DNA of 64,000 nt from Octopus vulgaris (Eukaryota): positions 13,950,001 to 14,014,000 of the forward strand of contig OX597815.1 of NCBI GenBank assembly GCA_951406725.2, written 5' to 3'. How positions within the stretch are numbered: position 1 is the stretch's first letter; each line of letters begins with the position of its first letter. The notes under the pieces are model-generated. The model was not told the DNA's origin, searched no databases, and saw nothing but the letters and a program-made list of their open reading frames with translations. A program made the position numbers and the translations under genes. Below are positions 55,101 through 64,000 of this stretch, in pieces.

Positions 55101-56639
55101 ACCTTTTAGGAAAAAAAATCAATATTGCATTTGACGAAAGAATACTTCAAAATAGTTCGTATTTATTCACTAATTCTATTCACGGACCAGCATGATCACC
55201 AATGCTAGTATTATCGATATTATTACCATAAACTGTAGATAAATGATGATGATATTGATCATTGTTATCAGAACCATCAACAGCAGCAGCGTAACAACCA
55301 TAACCATCAAAATAAGTTGACTGACATCAACTCAACCTATCGCATTGTGCTCTGTCAATACCAACAATATATGCCGTAATTTAGGAATTGTATCATACAT
55401 AGAAAGTTAAGCAATGACGTCATTTATGTCAGAAACTAGCTGACTACATGGTTAGTAATTATAATATGAGAGGCGTGTCGTTCTTGACCAGAAATACTAT
55501 CAAATGTATTTGAGTCATAACTCTTCGAAAATAATGCTAACATATGTTACTTAAGGACAACACTACTCAGTGGTTTTCTATTGTAAATATTGGGATGCGA
55601 ATCGAAAGGCATTTAGCAACAATTTCTTACAGGTTTAGAGTCCTCCAACTTGGCTCGCGTTAGGCTAATTACAATTTGATGCTTTGAAAAGCACCTCTGT
55701 AAACACTGTACATTTTGCTAAGGCGCATGATCAACTTTCTGCGTTCATTGGTACTTTATTGCATACGCAAGCTATTTGTGATTTTTAATGTAAGTAAAAT
55801 CTGTTATAAGTGAATGAACGACGTCACTGAATTCGATAGACAACAGAAAGAAGCAAATAATCATTCCCAGCTAGAGTTGTGAAGAAATAAACTACACGAG
55901 TGAACATATCATTGTATGTCTTGTTCTATACATTGAATACTACATTATTTTGTAGGCCTTTCACTTTTAAGATGGTATTCTGCGATGTTAGTTAGACTTT
56001 TCTGCTATTTCTAGCATTTTAAGGTCTTACTTAGACGCTCGATCTTTAGCATGATATATGTGTGGGATTAGATTTTCTGTAAGTGTATGTAATCACTGTA
56101 TTTGTGCGCATGTGTATGTATAGTGTGTGTATGTGTGTATAGGATGTATATATATATACACATTATGCGTTTCTATGTATACACAATGTGTCTGTGTGCA
56201 CGATTTGTAACTACCTTGTTCACATGTTGTTTCTCATGATGTGAGATTTCACGTTAATTTCTTCCACCTGTGTTGGAATGATTGACTGAATATTTCATGA
56301 CGTCAAGATAATATTTTTCAGACAAATGATTTTGAAATGTTTTCGATTATATCAAGAGAGTTGACTTTCATTTGTATTCCATTAGGTAAATCATGTGATG
56401 GAATGCAGATGAATAATGCAGAGTAAAGATACTCTTATGGAGCATGTATTAAATACATGAATTATCCAAGATATGAATTATCCCATAGTATTTACAGATA
56501 AGATGGAATAAAATTCGTGTACCCCATTATCACTAATACAGAGTTACACAGAACCGAAATATAAAACATGGATATATTCAGTCCCTCAAAACATGCACAA
56601 CCACTGTTAAATTCAAATTATTACTTATACTATAATGGA

Positions 56640-56901
56640 ATAATAAAAAAAAAAATGCGCCCTTTTAAAGCCTATTCAGGCTCATGGGCCCGGTTTCCGG
56701 GTTTCTATGGCGTATGTTTCCCAGCTGGACGGGACGCCAGTCCATAGCAGCGTTACTCATTTTTGCCACCTGAGTAGACTGGAGCAACGTGAAATGAAGT
56801 GTTTTGCTCAAGAACACAACGCGTCGCCCGGTCCAGGAATCGAAACCTCAATCTTACGATCATGATGATGACACACTAACCACTAAGCCACGCGCCTCCA
56901 C
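56640..56901 (-). mobile_element. tRNA-derived SINE family D with CORE-like domain and A-rich/T-rich end
   Basis: A/B boxes 'tggcttagtgg'/'ggtttcgattcc'; 'cttgagcaaaacactt'; TSD TACTATAATG at 56628-56637 and 56906-56915. Confidence 0.85.
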
Positions 56902-58074
56902 TATGTACTATAATGTACTGACGACAAATTCAATACCTTTCTAAACCTGTGTGAGATTAATTTAAATGGTTATGAAATTACATTGCCGTCTCTGAGGGCT
57001 TAGAATTTATAGAGTTTTGCAAACTCATGCCCGCCTTCTGCGAGAATCATTACATTTTCACCTTAGATTATTGACTGGTGTTTAGTAAAAAGGGTTCCAC
57101 GTATGTCGTGTGACCACATAATATATTCGTTACTTTTTCCAAAGGTTTTAATGGCGGACGTATCCCCTGCTAAGTTGATAACTATGTTCGCTTCACATTC
57201 AAGAGATCCCAGTTTCGATCTCATTGTGTGGCATCTTTACAAAACATCTTTATTATAGCTCCAGGCTCTTTTAGACACCAGGTCTTCTTCGTAAAATTGT
57301 ATAAACTAATTATGTGGAAGCCTATCATATGTAATGTATTAGCAATTCAAACGTCCGGTCTTGTTTAATATTTTTTCGCGTTGATTAAACCTCGAATTTC
57401 CGTTATGATTACAATAACGCGTTAACTTAATATTTCGAAAGTTCAGCTGATCGACCGACCAAATATTCATCGTAGGAACTGACAAAGAATGAATCAAATG
57501 CTGATATAATAACAAATATAAATAACTGATAATCTGACAAGACAAAAAAAAAATATAATTTTCTTTGTTTTCCATAGAAACATTTAGATATCTATTAGAA
57601 ATGACATTGAAAATACAGTTTTGATAAATCATAAAATAACGATTGTCATACTGGCATAAAGCCAGAACCAGTAACCGATGTAACATGACTACTTCAGCAT
57701 TGAGTTATTTTGTGCATCCGGCAATTTTTCATGCATTAAAACCAGGTCTTTCCTGGATTTCTTGAAGACCTACTTCCTACTGCATCGACCCATGTGTGGT
57801 GTTTTTTCTTTCCATACCTCACCCACTTCGAAGTTTTTTACAGTTTGAAAGAATTTTCCTTTCTTTAAGACTAATTCATGACAAAGTATATTCGGAGAAG
57901 GATATGCATTAATTAATCGATACCAGTATTTGCTTCACATATTTTTACAAGTAAAATCGTTCGTAATTTAATTTAAGCGATATCACAAACTCAGTTATAT
58001 AAGTACCATTCGTATTCGATACATTTCAGTCACTCAGCATAATATATTGATTTCAAACTTTAACACGAGAGCAT

Positions 58075-58255
58075 CAAGTTACTAAGTTGATTACATCGAA
58101 CCCAGTGCTCAGCTGGTACTTATTGTGTCGATCTCGAAAGGATGAAAGTGCTCAACTGGTACTTCTTTTATCGACCCCCGATAGGATGAAAGGGAAAGCC
58201 GACCTCGGGGGATTCTAAACAAACGAAATGCTGATGGACATTTTTCACGGTGCAG
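58075..58255 (-). mobile_element. Old SINE family B fragments (partial internal duplication)
   Basis: Two successive 'ctggtactt...cga.ccc.gaaaggatgaaag' blocks. Confidence 0.65.
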
Positions 58256-59584
58256 TAAACTCCACATAATATATTAATACAAAATGTAGAATAACATTAA
58301 TAGAAAAGGAATATCCAAGGAATCAAGTCCAATATCCTTGAAAGTCTTTGCGGCTTGTTATATTACGTGACTGGTCTGCAAAAGCGCACGATTTTCGGGA
58401 CTATAGATTTAAATTAAATATATGAAAAGAAACAGTATTATGGGAAATAGCGTAAAATATCCAACGGATTTCCGTGAGTCAGCGACCGTGTGGTGATGAA
58501 ACTGCAGAATTATCCACTGTTTGTTTGATGAAGACTTTAATTAAACTGTCATATACTATTAAATACTTTATTTCAGAAGAAAAAAAACAAACATATTGTA
58601 TGTTTTGTTAATTTTAAAAGAGTCCGAATTCGCTCGGGAATTGCAAACGAGATATGAATATCAAATGAGATAGAGATTGAATTTATATAAAACTCCAATG
58701 AATGTGATAGATACTCAAAGCAGAACAAATGGTTTTAGCTTATACGTTTTCATATATTTTCTATGTGACTGTTTATTGTGTATTTTTTTTTCCTTGTAAA
58801 ATGGCTAATTACTTTCTCTTAAAATTGAGGTGATCGAATGTAGCTTCATCAAATTGCAGAATATCCAGTCATTCATTGTTAGTAAATAATATCTTAATAG
58901 AAGAAGCCTTTTATGCAAATTTGTATTGGGTTTCAAAATAAAGGACAGCCGTTTCGTATCTCTTCAATAGCGGTGACGTAAATCTGGCATGAATCAAATA
59001 TACCTGTGTCCTCTGGACTGACACAAGCTGGGGTTCCTCTTTCTTTTTCATTCACTTACCAGAACTCTCTGACACTGTTTCTTTCTTTTTATCTATCTCT
59101 GTACGTTAGATGCTTCTACCAGGCTGCACGATTTATTCTGAAGAATAAGCAATTCGTTTCATATTGCGTCTGGCCACTCAGCCGAAAATGTATAAGAAAA
59201 GCAGTAGATTAGTGTAATTTCGTATAAGACTGGTGTCTTATCCGGTGTTAGAGTAGTGATATGACGTTTTAGTTTTCCATGAAGAAAAGACTATCGTGGT
59301 TACCTGAGTTGACGAAGGTATTGACTGATCAACACAGTTGCATAAAATAGAATCAAAGGCCGCAAACTTTAAACATTCAATAGTTTATTCGAATTTCAAT
59401 CTTCCTATTTCCTCTAAATTAAATCGAGAATTTGATTGAAAAAGATTCCAGACACGTGTGTGTGGGGGTGTATGTGTGTGTGCGTTCGTGTGTGTAAATG
59501 GTAGGCACGTATACCAATTATGATTTGCCAACAAAGAAAAAGTCATACAACTGCCTTTAAACATATATAATAGTCGTTTCAAAT

Positions 59585-59985
59585 TCTAGGACAAGGATAG
59601 CAAGTTCGTGTGAGGGGCAAACAGATTGAATCGACTCTGGTGTTCAACAGGTACTTATTTTAACAATCCCAAAACGATGGAAGCCAAAGTCGACTCGCGG
59701 GATTTTAAACTCAGAATGTAAAGACGGGCGGAATACTGCTATGCATTTTGCCCGTCGCGGATGTTAGATCACCACGTAGTTTATAAAACCAATATTAGTT
59801 TCAAAATTTGGCACAAGGCCAGTAATTACGGGGGAAGGGTAAGTCAATTAAATCAGCCCCACCGTTCAACTGGTACTTATTTTAGCAATCCTGAAAGATG
59901 ATTGGCATTAGATCTCAGAACAATAATTCGGAAGGTATGCTAAGTGTTTTTTTTCCAGCGCGGTAACAATTCTGCCTGTTTCGAC
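59585..59985 (-). mobile_element. Two old SINE family B-like copies
   Basis: Diverged family motifs. Confidence 0.6.
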
Positions 59986-60410
59986 GTCTAGTTTATATAA
60001 ATGATACTGAAAGCCCTTACAGAGATAAAATATCTCAATTGATGTACCTCTAAACACAAGGACTTTGGTCTAAAATAAATTAACGAAACCCCACAATAAA
60101 CAGAGAATGCTGTTATTTCATTTGCAGGTGAGAGAAAATTATTTTCATATCTGAGTGACAGGCAATGCATAAATAACGCGCACATGCATAAGAAGGATAT
60201 ATCTACATTAATAAAGAGGCCCATGTATACCCCAAACAACATAGTCACACACACATATTTATATAGACTCGTCCGTACGTAGATGCAAATAACACTGACA
60301 TAAATATTAGGATTAAATTTGTACTTGTTTTACCAAGAGTACAAAATGAAACCTAGAATTTGGTCCTCGTAGAGTTTTAGCTCAGAACTGAATGTAGTGT
60401 CGTTGAATAT

Positions 60411-61047
60411 CCATTTCTTTATTGCCCACAGGAGGCTAAACATAGAGGGGACAAACAAGGACAGACAAAGGGTTTAAGTCGATTACAACGACCCCACTGC
60501 GTAACAGGTACTTATTTAATCGACCCCGAAAGGATGAAAGGCAAAGTCGACCTCCGCGGAATTTGAACTCAGAACGTAACTGCAGACGAAATACGGCTAC
60601 GCATTTTGCCCGGTGTTCTAACGGATGTGCTAGCTCGCCGCCCTTATTAAAGAAATATTTTTCCGTACGCGTGTAACTCGAACCCTCACCTCTATGTATT
60701 TGCGGGAAGTGTGCTACCTATTTCTTTACTGCCCACAAATGGCTAAACACAGACAGAACAAACAAGGACAGACAAAGGTATTAAGTCGGTTACATCGATC
60801 CCAGTGCGTAACTGGTACTTAATTTATCGATCCCGAAAGGATGAAAGGCAAAGTCGACCTCGGCGGAATTTGAACTCAAAATATAGCGGCAGACGAAATA
60901 CGGCTATGCATTTCGCCCGGCGTGCTAACGATTCTACCAGCTCGCCGCCCTTATGAAAGAAATAGCTTTCCGTACGCGTGTAACTCGAACCCTCACCTCT
61001 ATGTATTCGCAGTAAGTGTGTTACCATTCACCAACGTATCCCCTCAA
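60411..61047 (-). mobile_element. Tandem pair of [tRNA-like segment + SINE family B]
   Basis: SINE B at 60411-60645 and 60717-60952; the segment 'ttccgtacgcgtgtaactcgaaccctcacctctatgtatt' follows each. Confidence 0.85.
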
Positions 61048-61931
61048 CGTAGTGTACTTGAATATCTCAAGGCAGTTCAACCGTCACTGCACCGTTTCTG
61101 TTACTCTACTGATATTATGTATGAATAGCTAGAATAAATATATTCAAAATACTAATTAATAAATGCGTAGGTCACTGTATAATGAATGAATGTTCTGTTA
61201 CTTTTAATTCTGAAATCATTCTATTGAACGGGTTTGGATAATGCTATGTCTATTTGATTTCAGTTTTAGATCAACATTTCCGGCGTAACTACTGACCACA
61301 ATTGCATATTCATACAGGATATTACTAAAATAGCTGTTTCTATATGTAAATGCATCGATGTAAAATATTTCTTATTTGCTCCAACAAGTGTACGAATATG
61401 TTGGAGTGGTCCTGATCTCTCAGACAATTAATTCCATTACATTATGTTATTTTATTTTCTATTAAGCAATTTAGTTTTTATATTAATCAATTTCCCTTCT
61501 ATTTTAAACGATTTTCTTTCCACATTAAACAATTTAATTTTGATATTAAATAGTTTCCTTTCTATATTATTCAATTCAATTTCGACATTAGATAAACAAT
61601 TTTCTTTGTGTATTAAGCATATATTACATTAAAGGGAAACAGTAGTATACAAGGAAAGAAATTAAAAACTGTGCCAACAAGTAGTAAACAAAAACGTTTG
61701 AAACAATTGATTATGTTAGTTTTCCATAATGAATAGGAGGTCCCTGACGTTTCAGACTCCAGAAATATTTCTAAATTGAAAGAATAAGATATTACTAAAA
61801 TATTAATTACAGATGAATAACTACGTTTTGAAGAAGACCACTGAAGTATCTTTTGTTCTTGCCCTTAAATATTTGTATGGATATGACTTTCGTATATATA
61901 TATATATAAGCAGCAAGGATATCCAAGGTAG

Positions 61932-62019
61932 TGTAGTACAATTGTTTCATGCTACTTCATTTTATTAAATACAGTAAGTATTACATCAGTTTTAAAATAT
62001 CGAGCAATCTTCAGCCACA
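61932..62019 (-). ncRNA. Hammerhead ribozyme motif with extended stem/loop II, in a ~260-bp element between (TA)n tracts
   Basis: Reverse complement tgtgg-CTGAAGA-ttgct[~50 nt]agcat-GAAAC-aatt-GTA-ctaca; perfect palindrome ACAATTGT. Confidence 0.7.
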
Positions 62020-62186
62020 TATAGAATTTTTTAATTAAACGCACAATGCACGTTCCTATACTTATTTCATTGTTGCTTATTTTGATTATAATCACCCCAT
62101 TTGATTTATATGGATAATACCGTACAAAATTCTGTTGCCTTTAACTTAAGTACCGTATTCATCTGACTACATATATATATATATAT

Positions 62187-62588
62187 ACTCTTTTACTCTT
62201 TTACTCTTTTACTTGTTTCAGTCATTTGACTGCGGCCATGCTGGAGCACCGCCTTTAGTCGAGCAAATCGACCGCGGGACTTATTCTTTGTAAGCCCAGT
62301 ACTTATTCTATCGGTCTCTTTTGCCGAACCGCTAAGTGACGGGGACATAAACACACCAGCATCGGTTGTCAAGCAATGCTAGGGGGACAAACACAGACAC
62401 ACAAACACACACATACATATATATATATATACATATATATGACAGGCTTCTTTCAGTTTCCGTCTACCAAATCCACTCACAAGGCATTGGTCGGCCCGGG
62501 GCTATAGCAGAAGACACTTGCCCAAGATGCCACGCAGTGGGACTGAACCCGGAACCATGTGGCTGGTTAGCAAGCTACTTACCACACA
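62187..62588 (-). mobile_element. SINE family C, near full copy
   Basis: Reverse-complement match; (CTCTTTTA)n tail. Confidence 0.9.
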
Positions 62589-63581
62589 GATATAAAGAAT
62601 TTTTTTCTTTATATATATATATATAAAGAAAAAACTTGTCGGAGTGAAATATCAGAAATGTCGGAAATGTTTCACATGCGGTTAATTTTAAGTGGAAAAA
62701 TAAGTGATGGCATTTGACGGCACTACTCCCACATATATAACAACTAAAATTATATCATAATGTTCAAGTTCTGAGTTCAAATTCTGCAGAGGTCGACTTT
62801 GCCTTTAATGCTTTCCGGGTACCAGTCGAACATTGTTGTCGATGTAATAGATTTGCCCCCTCCTTCGAAGTGCCTGACCCTGTTCCAAAGTTTGAAACCA
62901 ATGTTAAGTTTCCTCTAGGCAGCGCTACCGCGCCGGATACGAATCAACGATATTTCTTGCGACTTTACTTTCTGAGTTCAAATGACACCAAAGTTCACTT
63001 TTCTTCGCAATTCACTTACTCCTCCCTTGGAATTGCCGAATTTATGCCAGAAATTAAAACCAATATTAAAATTCTTGACACACCTTGAAGCACTTCATAG
63101 TAAAAAAATTCATTAGAGAATATCAGCACCTGAGCCACTGACACACCTTTTCTTTATTTCTGTCATCAAAACTACAATGACGCATGTGCTCTGATATGCC
63201 TATTTGGACAGCGCATTCGCCAAGGCACTCCTATTGTACCAATTTTCCTCTTGGTTTCCCTCCTACTATGTCTAACTTCCGACAGCTGGCAATAGTCAGT
63301 TAAAGTAATATTTGCAGGCGTTGTTCACATAAACTACTTCCAAGCGTGACATCAACTTCGGCAGTGACAACTTGCAAGGCTATGATGATAAAATTAGGTT
63401 CGCCACAAAGCTATAAAATACTTGGTTTCACATCTCCACATGCAAACGCACGCACGAACACACACACAAGCGCACACACACACACAAACACACATACGCA
63501 AATATTTACATTAACATAAACCAACACAGTCTCGCTCAACGCCTACCAATCAATAAAGACACACACAGCCATATTTGTGTA

Positions 63582-63694
63582 TATTATTATTATCATTCTT
63601 CTTCTTCTTCTTCTTCTTATTATTATTATTATCATTATTATCATTATTATTATTATCATTATTATTATCATTATTATTTATTATTATTATTATC

Positions 63695-63729
<35 letters not shown>

Positions 63730-63776
63730 CATTATTATTATTATTATCTTTATTATTATTTATTATTATTATTATC

Positions 63777-63850
<74 letters not shown>

Positions 63851-63853
63851 TAC
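63582..63853. repeat. (TTA)n/(TTC)n microsatellite
   Basis: Direct reading. Confidence 0.95.
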
Positions 63854-63867
63854 TGAGAGCAGATCTT

Positions 63868-64000
63868 AAGGCAGCAGACCGGTATAATCGTCAGACCGCA
63901 GGGCAAAAAAACAGTGGCATTTCGTCCGTTTTTATATTTTAAGTTCAAATTCCGCTGCGGTCGACTTTGCCTTTCATCCTTTCTTTGTCGATAAAATGCT
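63868..64000 (+). mobile_element. SINE family B copy cut by the window end
   Basis: 'aagttcaaattccgctgcggtcgactttgcctttcatcc'. Confidence 0.75.

Noticed and set aside
53211-59140. Further possible exon relics (53211-53300, 55670-55800, 56250-56400, 59060-59137; also 6830-6930, 21630-21875, 36430-36566, 41806-41889, 42415-42590)
   Set aside because: Splice-like signals present but peptides too degraded to assign; not listed as features

Overview
AT-rich, microsatellite-dense animal DNA. The SINE families resemble those I recall from octopus, so a cephalopod source is inferred but not verified. No intact host gene is evident. Mobile elements include a 5'-truncated CR1-group LINE with an intact RT frame, a near-full-length disrupted R4/Dong LINE plus a second R4 fragment in (TAA)n, RTE and L1/Tx1 remnants, a DD37D (maT) transposon, a Tc1 end, three non-autonomous Helitrons, a solo LTR, two Penelope-type GIY-YIG remnants and four tRNA-derived SINE families. 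Two layers are not explained by the ORF track. (1) At least eight minimal type-I hammerhead-ribozyme motifs lie in short elements, mostly beside (TA)n tracts; one multi-copy family has a shared non-canonical CUGUNGA core. (2) About 15 minus-strand exon-like relics, many bounded by splice sites, encode alternating EGF-like and FN3-like fragments across roughly 5.5-63.4 kb, suggesting a decayed Tie/RPTP/MEGF-type receptor gene. Most short ORFs in the track are microsatellite or antisense artefacts.
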